Of a stretch of DNA of 37,164 bases, positions 1 to 8,597 are shown one piece after another. How positions within the stretch are numbered: position 1 is the first letter of the stretch; each line of letters opens with the position of its first letter. The DNA comes from Flavobacteriales bacterium (GTDB taxonomy: Bacteria > Bacteroidota > Bacteroidia > Flavobacteriales_D > CANHHI01). The stretch covers positions 1 to 37,164 of the forward strand of contig CANHHI010000001.1 in assembly GCA_947460225.1 (NCBI GenBank), in the 5' to 3' direction. A program made the translations under genes and the position numbers. The notes below the pieces were generated by a model. That model did no database searches. It saw nothing but the letters and a program-made list of their open reading frames with translations, and was not told where the DNA came from.

Positions 1-3000
1 AGGTGCGGGAGAAGGTACATTCCAAATCTTAGCAGATATGACTGCACCAGTTATAGCATGGTTACCCGGCGTTTTTTGTTGGATTCTCCATGAAACAATG
101 TTAGACTCCGAGCCCAAAAAACTCAGGTTTAATTCGTATTCCCTTCTTGTTAAACCACTTGCGGATTTTACAACAATCTTTTTGTAACTAATGTGTTCTG
201 CATCTTCGGGGTGGATTGCAAGTTCTGTTACATTTTCTGCAACATTTGTGCCATCTACCTGAGGCGTTTTCCCTTCAACATCAAAGTCTGCTATGATAAT
301 CTTCCCTCGTCTTTTAACTACACCTTTAACCTCGATTTTACCAGCCGATATGGTAATGGTACCATCATCAGTAGAAAAATTTTTATTCCCCAAAGACATC
401 TCGTTATTTGGAGGAGTTCCAGCTTTCTGTATCAGTTTAATGCTTTTAAGATAGGCTTCTTCACCTAAATAACCAAAATTCAGCGTATAAAGTTCTATTT
501 CTGTTTCGTCTGCCGAGACCACATGAAAAGCATTTGCATTGAAAACATTCGTTACAGGCATATTAGGAAATGTAGGAGTACCTGGCAACTGCTGAATTGC
601 TGCATCTTCTGAACCAACTGCAAAAGTTGGAACAGCAAGAGGATTAGCACTTATATTGAGTATGCCACTGCCTTGTGCTAGACTGCCCACAAACAAGCTA
701 TTAGATGTAGGATTGTTTATTGTTTGTGATGTTGTAGTGCCTCCGTTTGTGTAATCAAAAGTAATGGAGGCGAGTTTTGTGCCGTTATTTTTATAGTTTA
801 AACCCTGAATGTTGTACTTAGCCTCTGATACACCATCTTGAGAAACCACAAGCAACTTATCTGAATAATTAAGCTGGGTTGGATTGTCTATACTCGCCGA
901 AGCGTATGGAATCTTGATGCCATTGATGTCCAAATAAAGGCTAGCACCTGCACAAAGGCTTGGATTTTCTATAACCAACCTGCCTTTACCTTGCACAAAT
1001 TGCTTACCACTTACCACAAAATTAGTATTGGCAGTTGCTTTTACTATATCTACATCAATATCATCTTGCGTGGAACCTGAGGTATGCCCAGCATAATAAG
1101 GAATACCTTTTTGAATAAGTTTAATACTTGTAATCCCTGTGCAGTCTGATAGATAATTTGGTGCTACTTTATAAACCGTTGTAACCAATGCGTCTTGGCT
1201 TTTTACCGTTATAATATCGTGTTCTGCACTTGGATTATTGATTGCGGGGTTTACAGTAGCAGTAGCTGTAGTTTGCGAAAGCGTGTAGTAGTTATTGTTT
1301 GTGGCTATTGCACCCCGATTTTTTATAGCACCTATAACCAACAATTTGTTATTAGCGTCGGGAAACACATCTGCCCAAAATTTGTTAAGGATTGGCGAGT
1401 TGTCTAACGCATTATTCAGCCCAACAAAAGTCTGTTCAAGCGATATTTTGACCAATTTAGCTTCATTGCCTAGCAGGTCTTCAAAGACAAGCTGATAGGT
1501 TTTCCTTGTTACTTTGTCCTCAGACTCCACAACAATAGCACCTGCTACTGCGGAAGGATTATTGCCAGTGATGATTTTCACATTCGGCACATAAGGCACA
1601 TTGGTCGGCGTATAAACAGCACTTTTTAACGAAGACGTTGTTAAACTGGTTATAGAAATATCCCCCGAACGATTATAAGCCCCTTTGATGATGATTTTAT
1701 TGTTGAAATCGTCTATTTCTACTTTCTGCTGAAAAGCTACGCCAGGCGTTTCGCTGAAAGTTAGCGAACTTGTTGCGAAAGGCGCACCAAGTTGTTGCTT
1801 AAAAGCAATGCTGGTTAAACGAGCTTCTGTATTCAGATAGTTAGGAATCAATTGGTACTTACGACTTGTGATTTTATCTTCTGAAATAACTTCTAGCGCA
1901 TCAAAAGGAACATTATCTTCAAGATTATCTATTGCGCCAGACGTGGCTGGGGAGGTATTCATGAATTTTAATTCCGCACCCGCGCAAACAGTAAAATTCG
2001 CATTGCTTGCTATGCGTATTGTTCCGTTCCCTTTAATCAAACTGTTCGTCAAATCATTGTTAACAGTAACGGTATTCGCAAGCAAAGTGGTTTGTACGGT
2101 TGTGCCTATTGTTCTGTTGGGTAATAGCACATTGAATTGGTTTTTGATTTGACTCTGTGTAAAAGTAACACTGTTTAAGACATCACAACTTTCAAGATAT
2201 TTAGGCGTGAACACATAATCAACAGGATTCATTTCATCCTCAGGAATAATCCGAATAAGCGTATGTGTAGCTTGATTGGGCTCAAAAACTAAAAATGCCG
2301 CACGAGCAAAATCAGAACGTGTTGTGCTGATTGTGTCTATTATACCACGGCTTTTGTAAACACCGTTCACAGTTCCCAAATTAGCCGTTGTTGGCGCAAG
2401 CGTCCATGGTTTATCTGGAATATTTTTACCCTCATAGTCCGTACCTAAACCTGTTTGTTTGAATAATATGCTAGATAATTTAGCCTCTGTGCCCATAAAA
2501 TCCTCAATCTGCAATTTGTAGCTAGGGGTAGAAAGACCGTCCTGTGAAGCAAAGCTAAGCATGTTATTTACCTGTTTAACAGTCAAATTGGTTGTATTTG
2601 GCAACATGCCATTCACGTTTATGCTCAATGTACTTTCATCTCCCTCTATTTTTATTTCTTGGATGTAGAAAGAACCCCTAGCTAGATATGGCTTGCCACT
2701 CTTACCTATATTTTTTATAGTAATGATATGACTCGCATTATCAATGACAATTCTTGGGCTAGATTCCCCATCAAGCATCTCAGTAGAAAACACTTTGCCA
2801 GTACCTGGAATACCTCCATCTTTTTGAACCAGCACCAGTTTTTCAATATACGCCTGATTGTCTTGATACGCAAAGCTAATACCATAAGTCTTCTCCGTAC
2901 CATCTTCAGCAGTAATTTTGATAGTAGCTGTGGCAGGATTGTCAGGAAAGTTATCTCCAGCATTTAAACTAGAAGAAACGCCTTTATGACGAACACTTGT

Positions 3001-5025
3001 CACATTGACGCCTTTGTCTTTATACAGATCTGTAAAAATCAAGTTCCCAAGAGCATTTGGCGTAGCTTTGAAAGTTTTTGTCTCAGTGCCAACTACTTGC
3101 GAAATAATCAATTCCTCTAAACTCGTGTCTTGAGACAAATATTCAAAGTGTAATTTATACGGAATACCTCCCAAAATCTTACTTTCGTGTAAAATATCAA
3201 TATCGCCTTTCTCAATAGATTGTTGATCTGCAAAAGGAATAGCTTTTTGATGTTTCACAACTAACCCTGGCGGCTCCAGAATATACGAATCAAATGCGTA
3301 ATTCACAGATGATATTCGATACAACACGTTCGCATCTGGCGAGACATAAATATTGCCATTTACTCCATTTGGGTTTGTTTCCCACGTTCTACGGTTGATA
3401 TTTTTTACGATAATCTCATTGGCACCTCTATTGATTTCCGTTTTTACCGAAAGATTACCCTGCTGGTCAAACCTAGCTTCAAACACATCTGTAATTGTCG
3501 CAATAAATTTGATACTTACATCATACGTTTTTGTGTACCTCTTATCCTCAGCAGTCACTTTAATAGCAGAAGCGTTGGTGATGTTTTTAAGTTGGTCTTT
3601 TATCTCAAAATACTCCCTATCTTTACAGTCCAATACATTATCCCCAATAGAATAGACAGAGCTACCGCTAAGCACAACTTTGTTCACACAGGAAGCTGTC
3701 AACACATATTTTAAATATACTTTTGTGTTTTCCGGAACTTCAATTTGAATACGTCCCTGCGTATCCGAAAAATCTTCAATATAAACTTTACTCGCAGGGC
3801 TAAATGTAGCACCTGATAAATCTGGGCTAGCCGTATAATCTACTTTTACATCGTAAATTTTAGCGTCTTGGAAAAGACTGCCATTACCGTTCGAACCCTG
3901 ATAAGGTCTTATGACTATTCCTGTGCTGGTGGTATTGCTGGTGATATTAACCAAATTGATAGCACGCTTATCATCACAGGAAATGGCTTTTACAATCTTA
4001 TCCCCTGGCTGAATATTTTTAGTTTGGGCAATGTCTGCGGGTATAATTAACGGAAAACTACCATCTGCGGACACTTGCACATCTGTCGCAATCAATCCAT
4101 CTTGCGTATGGATATACAGCTTTATCGCATCACAATCTGCGCCTTTAAAACCCAGTAAATCAGCCCAAGGTGTGCTTTCAATTTGACTAATGCGTAAAGA
4201 AACGCCACCCGATTTATTAAACACCGCATCACCTGGCAAACTATATTCCTTTTCAACAACAGGCAAATCTGGTAAAATATAACTTATTTGAATACTACCA
4301 AACCTACCGTGAACAAATAAAACCTTCGACTCTTCATTCATAGGCTCAAAGGTATTCAATCCCGTGGCATCCTCGAGAATCTTAGCAGGCATAAAATAGG
4401 TCTTGCCATAGAGTCTATACTCCAATAAGACGTTGTAATCTAATAGCGCTAAATTACTTGTGAAAATACCAGCAAAACGAAAAGCATCTGCAATTTGTTT
4501 ACCATCTGTTTTGTCCAACAACAACAACTTAGAAGAATTTGCATCTTTATCTACCACCAACTTGGCAAATAAATCACCTACATAATAACCTTTCTCATCT
4601 GTCAAATCTCTAATTTGACTACTCAATAAGTCCAGAGACGAAATATAATGCTTTACATGAGGGGGTATATTTTCAGATTTTATAACCACCGAACTGATAA
4701 ATTTGTATATCGCCGTGGTCTTAAAGGTCAAAACTTTGTGATCACTTATTGACGCATCAAAAGTCTCTAATTGATCACTGTGAGCCTTAGAAACCTTGAC
4801 AGAAAACTTTGCGTGGTAGTTTCTTTCTGTTCCAGGCAAAATCATATAATTGACACCCTCTTTATACCAACCAAACCAATCATAGCTGGACTTAACCCAG
4901 CCTTGGGAAGGACTATAATCATCTCTAACAAAAGAAATACGCTCTTTTCTTGCGCAAAATAGAAGTGCGAGTGAAAACCCTAACACCAAAAGCGTTCCAA
5001 AAGCAAAGTTTAATTTTCTAATCAT
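1..5025 (-). CDS. Giant modular cell-surface protein, N-terminal 1675 codons; the 3' end lies beyond the window start. Not in the supplied ORF track.
   Basis: Manual reverse-strand translation from ATG 5025..5023 (MIRKLNFAFGTLLVLGFSLALLFCARKE...) stays open to position 1, and 5025 nt = 3 x 1675. The track lists no minus-strand ORF in this frame, as expected if no stop occurs in the window. The N-terminus is a hydrophobic signal or anchor with Cys24. About 10-11 tandem modules of 105-120 aa follow. A consensus promoter lies directly upstream. Confidence 0.85.
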   Translation of the reverse strand, partial: MIRKLNFAFGTLLVLGFSLALLFCARKERISFVRDDYSPSQGWVKSSYDWFGWYKEGVNYMILPGTERNYHAKFSVKVSKAHSDQLETFDASISDHKVLTFKTTAIYKFISSVVIKSENIPPHVKHYISSLDLLSSQIRDLTDEKGYYVGDLFAKLVVDKDANSSKLLLLDKTDGKQIADAFRFAGIFTSNLALLDYNVLLEYRLYGKTYFMPAKILEDATGLNTFEPMNEESKVLFVHGRFGSIQISYILPDLPVVEKEYSLPGDAVFNKSGGVSLRISQIESTPWADLLGFKGADCDAIKLYIHTQDGLIATDVQVSADGSFPLIIPADIAQTKNIQPGDKIVKAISCDDKRAINLVNITSNTTSTGIVIRPYQGSNGNGSLFQDAKIYDVKVDYTASPDLSGATFSPASKVYIEDFSDTQGRIQIEVPENTKVYLKYVLTASCVNKVVLSGSSVYSIGDNVLDCKDREYFEIKDQLKNITNASAIKVTAEDKRYTKTYDVSIKFIATITDVFEARFDQQGNLSVKTEINRGANEIIVKNINRRTWETNPNGVNGNIYVSPDANVLYRISSVNYAFDSYILEPPGLVVKHQKAIPFADQQSIEKGDIDILHESKILGGIPYKLHFEYLSQDTSLEELIISQVVGTETKTFKATPNALGNLIFTDLYKDKGVNVTSVRHKGVSSSLNAGDNFPDNPATATIKITAEDGTEKTYGISFAYQDNQAYIEKLVLVQKDGGIPGTGKVFSTEMLDGESSPRIVIDNASHIITIKNIGKSGKPYLARGSFYIQEIKIEGDESTLSINVNGMLPNTTNLTVKQVNNMLSFASQDGLSTPSYKLQIEDFMGTEAKLSSILFKQTGLGTDYEGKNIPDKPWTLAPTTANLGTVNGVYKSRGIIDTISTTRSDFARAAFLVFEPNQATHTLIRIIPEDEMNPVDYVFTPKYLESCDVLNSVTFTQSQIKNQFNVLLPNRTIGTTVQTTLLANTVTVNNDLTNSLIKGNGTIRIASNANFTVCAGAELKFMNTSPATSGAIDNLEDNVPFDALEVISEDKITSRKYQLIPNYLNTEARLTSIAFKQQLGAPFATSSLTFSETPGVAFQQKVEIDDFNNKIIIKGAYNRSGDISITSLTTSSLKSAVYTPTNVPYVPNVKIITGNNPSAVAGAIVVESEDKVTRKTYQLVFEDLLGNEAKLVKISLEQTFVGLNNALDNSPILNKFWADVFPDANNKLLVIGAIKNRGAIATNNNYYTLSQTTATATVNPAINNPSAEHDIITVKSQDALVTTVYKVAPNYLSDCTGITSIKLIQKGIPYYAGHTSGSTQDDIDVDIVKATANTNFVVSGKQFVQGKGRLVIENPSLCAGASLYLDINGIKIPYASASIDNPTQLNYSDKLLVVSQDGVSEAKYNIQGLNYKNNGTKLASITFDYTNGGTTTSQTINNPTSNSLFVGSLAQGSGILNISANPLAVPTFAVGSEDAAIQQLPGTPTFPNMPVTNVFNANAFHVVSADETEIELYTLNFGYLGEEAYLKSIKLIQKAGTPPNNEMSLGNKNFSTDDGTITISAGKIEVKGVVKRRGKIIIADFDVEGKTPQVDGTNVAENVTELAIHPEDAEHISYKKIVVKSASGLTRREYELNLSFLGSESNIVSWRIQQKTPGNHAITGAVISAKIWNVPSPAP

Positions 5026-5046
5026 AGTAATGAGGTTATTTTTTGG

Positions 5047-5077
5047 CAAAGGTAATATAAAATTTTATTTTTACAAA
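5047..5077 (-). promoter_or_regulatory. Bacteroidetes sigma-A type promoter for the giant surface-protein gene
   Basis: The reverse strand reads TTTG-taaaaataaaattttatat(N19)-TACCTTTG. The -7 box ends 21 nt before ATG 5025. Confidence 0.65.
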
Positions 5078-5144
5078 AAATTATACACAAATTTATGTTT
5101 ATAATACAGGTTGCCTTATGAGCACACGCAAAATAGTCAAGGCA

Positions 5145-5783
5145 TCATTTCTTTCTAATACACGAGAGCCCATCTCTGAATGGCAACATCACAAGCTCTA
5201 CCCGTTTGTCCTGGCTCACAAAATCGTTAAATAATCTTAATGCTTTTGTTTTTTTGTCTTGCGCCTCTTGGTCTATGATTTTACCGCTCCAAAGCACATT
5301 GTCCGCCAGCAAAATACCGCCTGCTCTTAGCTTGCCAAGGAGTATCTCGTAATAATTTAGATAATTTTGCTTGTCTGCATCTAAAAAAATTAAATCAAAA
5401 GTGTCGTTTAAATGAGGCAAAGTCTGCAAAGCATCGCCTATAATCAGTTCCATTTGTTTAAAATATGGACTTTTCGCCCAATTTTGCAAAATGCGTGTTT
5501 GCATTTCTGCATTGTTTTCTAGGGAAATGAGTTTTCCTGTGGGCGCAAGCCCTTCTGCCAAACACAAAGCGGAGTATCCTGTAAATGTTCCGAGTTCTAA
5601 AATCCGAGTAGGCGCAAGCATTTTACTCAACATACTCAGCAATCTGCCCTGCAAACGCCCAGAAATCATGCGGGGTTGCAAAGTATGCAAGTGCGTGTCT
5701 CTTTCTATTTGGTCTAAATATTCGCTGGGCGCAGTGCTTAGATTTTCGCAATAAGTCCAAATTTCAGGAACAACGGAAGACAT
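5145..5783 (-). CDS. Class I SAM-dependent O-methyltransferase (caffeoyl-CoA O-methyltransferase-like family)
   Basis: 212 aa with LELGTFTGYSALCLAEGL (SAM-binding motif I) and DLIFLDADKQNYLNYYE, typical of the PF01596-type O-methyltransferases. Confidence 0.85.
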   Translation of the reverse strand: MSSVVPEIWTYCENLSTAPSEYLDQIERDTHLHTLQPRMISGRLQGRLLSMLSKMLAPTRILELGTFTGYSALCLAEGLAPTGKLISLENNAEMQTRILQNWAKSPYFKQMELIIGDALQTLPHLNDTFDLIFLDADKQNYLNYYEILLGKLRAGGILLADNVLWSGKIIDQEAQDKKTKALRLFNDFVSQDKRVELVMLPFRDGLSCIRKK

Positions 5784-5790
5784 TATTTAT

Positions 5791-5798
5791 TAACTTTG
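5791..5798 (+). promoter_or_regulatory. -7 box (TAACTTTG) for prc, with no clear -33 element
   Basis: Exact TAnnTTTG match 18 nt upstream of ATG 5817. It overlaps the TTG at 5796 used as the start in the ORF track, which argues for the ATG at 5817. Confidence 0.45.
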
Positions 5799-5801
5799 TT
5801 A

Positions 5802-5833
5802 CAAATTTACAGAAATATGAAAAGAAATCCAAA
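5802..5833 (-). promoter_or_regulatory. Consensus promoter for the O-methyltransferase gene; its -33 element lies inside the first codons of prc
   Basis: The reverse strand reads TTTG-gatttcttttcatatttctg(N20)-TAAATTTG. The -7 box ends 18 nt upstream of ATG 5783. Confidence 0.6.
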
Positions 5834-7925
5834 AGCATGGCGAGCTTGGGCGATATTGATGTTGGGATTTTTACACCTCAATGTTTATCCAAAAGACACC
5901 CAAGAAACCCAAAGAGATTTTTCCTTTGAGGAAGAAAAGCGTGCACGTTTGGTGTATATGGTCAAAGAAATTTTGTCGTATTATCATTTTTCTGTAAAAA
6001 CTTTGGATAAAAAATATGCCAATCAAGCCTACGATTTATACCTAACCCGCATAGACCCAAACAAAAGAATTTTGTTGAAATCTGATAGCATTGCACTGTC
6101 GGCATTTAGGGACAAAGTGCATGTGCAAATGCAAACGGGGGATTTTGCGCTTTTTCAGACCGCATACCAAATCACCACCGATAGATTACAAGATATTCAG
6201 CGTTATATTAAGGAAACTTTGGATAATCCCATTGATTTTGAAACCAAAGAAAGCATTTATTTAGACGATAAAAAACGCCCATACCCCGCCGATACAACGG
6301 CACAACGAGAGCTTTGGCGCAAGTACGTGAAGTATTTGGTTTTAGAAAACTTATACGACCGTTTAAACGACAAAAAAGCCGACACCGTGCTGACTTTTGA
6401 ACAAGCCGAAAGCAAAGCTAAAAAATCCGTGCAAGATATGCTCGGCAACTGGCAAAAACGCATTCAAAAAATCAAAGAAGACGATGCTTTTGATATTTTT
6501 ATCAACAGTTTGGTCGGCGTGTTTGACCCACATAGTGGTTATTTTTCGCCAAAAAATAAAGATGATTTTGATGCTTCCATGTCTGGGCAATTTGAAGGCA
6601 TTGGTGCAAGACTCTCCACCAAAGATGATTTTGTAACCATCAACGAAGTGATTGCTGGCGGTCCTGCGTACAGACAAGGAGAATTGCAAGTGGGCGATAA
6701 AATCATCAAAGTGGCGCAAGACGGCAAAGAGCCCGTTTCTTTGCAAGGCGTGGCATTGGAGGACGCTACGGCACTGATAAAGGGAAAAAAAGGCACTTTA
6801 GTGCGTTTGACGGTAAAAAAATCGGACGGCACGCAAAAAGAAATTACCATCAAGCGAGATATTGTGATTATTGAAGAAACTTTTGCCAAAAGTTTACTCC
6901 TGAAAAAAGACGATAAAAAAATTGGCTATATCTATTTGCCGAGTTTTTACATCAACTTAAACGACAGCAAAGGCAGACGATGTGCAGACGATGTGCGCAA
7001 TGAGATAGACAAATTGCGCCGTTATGATTTGCAAGGTTTGATTATAGATTTGCGCAATAACCCAGGCGGTTCATTGTCTGATGTGGTGAAAATGGGCAGT
7101 TATTTTGTGGGCAACAATCCCATTGTGCAAGTGATGGAAAGAGAAGGCAAAAAACAAGTACTCAAAGATTTTGGTGCGCCTTCTGTGCCTTACTATGACG
7201 GGGCTTTGGTGATTATGGTGAATAATTATTCGGCATCTGCCTCAGAAATTTTAGCGGGCGTAATCCAAGACTACAACAGAGGCATTATTTTGGGTAGCGA
7301 CCACACTTTTGGCAAAGGCACCGTACAGCGGTTTTTTGAATTAGACCAAATTGCCCCCGAACCTTTTCAGATGTACAAACCTTTTGGTTCTTTGAAAATG
7401 AGCACGCAAAAATTCTACCGAGTAGATGGCACTTCTACCCAGCTCAAAGGCGTGCGCTCAGATATTATTCTGCCGAGTTTATATGATTTAAACGAGGAAC
7501 GAGAAAAAGACTTGGATTATGCCATGCCTTGGGACGTAACTTCGGCGGCGAAATACAAGGCTTTGGATCTAAAAGAAAAAACCAAATACATTGCCAATAG
7601 CCAAAAAAGAATAAAAAATAATTTTTATTTCAATTTGACTAAGGAAAAAGTAGCACTCATCAAGCAAAAAACCGACAAAAAAGATTTGCCTTTGGCTTTT
7701 GCAGATTACAAGGATTACGTGGATAAAACCGAGCAGTCCATTAAAAAATACGATACCCTAAATAACATGAAAACCAAGCTAAAAGCGGATTTTGTAAACG
7801 GGAATGCCAGCAAAGAAAAAGATTCTATGCGTATAGAATTGGGTAAAAAATTTGTAACCAACGTGGAAAAAGATTTTTATATTGAAGAAGCTGTACAAGT
7901 GATTTTAGACATGAAAAAATCTTAG
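5817..7925 (+). CDS. prc: Tail-specific (C-terminal processing) protease, peptidase family S41
   Basis: PDZ-like segment GIGARLSTKDDFVTINEVIAGGPAYRQGELQVGDKIIKV. Catalytic region NNYSASASEILAGVIQDYNRGIILGSDHTFGKGTVQ closely resembles the E. coli Prc Ser/Lys dyad region. About 700 aa with an N-terminal signal-like segment. Start moved to ATG 5817 (MKRNPKAWRAWAILMLGF). Confidence 0.88.
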   Translation: MKRNPKAWRAWAILMLGFLHLNVYPKDTQETQRDFSFEEEKRARLVYMVKEILSYYHFSVKTLDKKYANQAYDLYLTRIDPNKRILLKSDSIALSAFRDKVHVQMQTGDFALFQTAYQITTDRLQDIQRYIKETLDNPIDFETKESIYLDDKKRPYPADTTAQRELWRKYVKYLVLENLYDRLNDKKADTVLTFEQAESKAKKSVQDMLGNWQKRIQKIKEDDAFDIFINSLVGVFDPHSGYFSPKNKDDFDASMSGQFEGIGARLSTKDDFVTINEVIAGGPAYRQGELQVGDKIIKVAQDGKEPVSLQGVALEDATALIKGKKGTLVRLTVKKSDGTQKEITIKRDIVIIEETFAKSLLLKKDDKKIGYIYLPSFYINLNDSKGRRCADDVRNEIDKLRRYDLQGLIIDLRNNPGGSLSDVVKMGSYFVGNNPIVQVMEREGKKQVLKDFGAPSVPYYDGALVIMVNNYSASASEILAGVIQDYNRGIILGSDHTFGKGTVQRFFELDQIAPEPFQMYKPFGSLKMSTQKFYRVDGTSTQLKGVRSDIILPSLYDLNEEREKDLDYAMPWDVTSAAKYKALDLKEKTKYIANSQKRIKNNFYFNLTKEKVALIKQKTDKKDLPLAFADYKDYVDKTEQSIKKYDTLNNMKTKLKADFVNGNASKEKDSMRIELGKKFVTNVEKDFYIEEAVQVILDMKKS

Positions 7926-7928
7926 TTT

Positions 7929-8597
7929 ATGGCTACGCTATTTTCCGATACGTTTCGCACGCAGGGCTTGCGCAAAAAAATGATTACTGAACTGCGTAGC
8001 AAAGGCATTGTAGATGAAAAAGTATTGCAAGCTATGGAAGAAGTGCCTCGGCACTTTTTTTCTTGGGACGAAATTTTTGTGGAAAAAGCCTATCAAAATA
8101 TTGCCTTTCAAATTGGCGCAGGGCAGACGATTTCACAACCCTACACTGTTGCTTTTCAAACTGAGCTTTTAGAGGTTTCTCGCAATAGCAAGGTGCTGGA
8201 AATCGGCACTGGTTCTGGGTATCAAGCTGCAATTTTAACAAAGATGGGTGCAAAAGTGTATTCCATAGAACGCCAAAAGTATTTGCACGAAAAAACCAAA
8301 AAATTATTTCAGATGCTTAAAATTCCCTGCACGCTTGTGTATGGCGATGGTTATAAAGGTTTTCCCCAAGCTGCGCCTTATGACAGGATTGTGGTTACTT
8401 GTGGTGCGCCCTACGTTCCAGATACTTTACTAGAACAGCTTGCCATTGGTGGACGCATGGTTATTCCCGTGGGTGAAGGCGAAACCCAGACTATGGTGCT
8501 TTTGGTACGCAAAGACGAAAAAACCTTTCAACGCAGTGAAATGGGCGTGTTTAGATTTGTGCCCATGCTGGAAGATAAAAATGGGGGTGGGTTTTAA
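7929..8597 (+). CDS. pcm: Protein-L-isoaspartate O-methyltransferase
   Basis: 222 aa with QTISQPYTVA, VLEIGTGSGYQAA and RIVVTCGAPYVP motifs characteristic of Pcm. Confidence 0.92.
   Translation: MATLFSDTFRTQGLRKKMITELRSKGIVDEKVLQAMEEVPRHFFSWDEIFVEKAYQNIAFQIGAGQTISQPYTVAFQTELLEVSRNSKVLEIGTGSGYQAAILTKMGAKVYSIERQKYLHEKTKKLFQMLKIPCTLVYGDGYKGFPQAAPYDRIVVTCGAPYVPDTLLEQLAIGGRMVIPVGEGETQTMVLLVRKDEKTFQRSEMGVFRFVPMLEDKNGGGF

Noticed and set aside
193-4962. Plus-strand ORFs of 60-100 aa listed across the first 5 kb (e.g. 3353..3655, 1868..2152), plus minus-strand 2715..2963
   Set aside because: They are shadow ORFs opposite to, or out of frame with, the continuous 1675-codon minus-strand reading frame. 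Their compositions are low-complexity or unusual, and none has a family signal.
5080-5144. Possible terminator hairpin after the O-methyltransferase stop (tgcctt ... aaggca)
   Set aside because: The stem is only 6 bp with a ~20-nt loop, and no U-run follows on the transcribed strand. This is not convincing.
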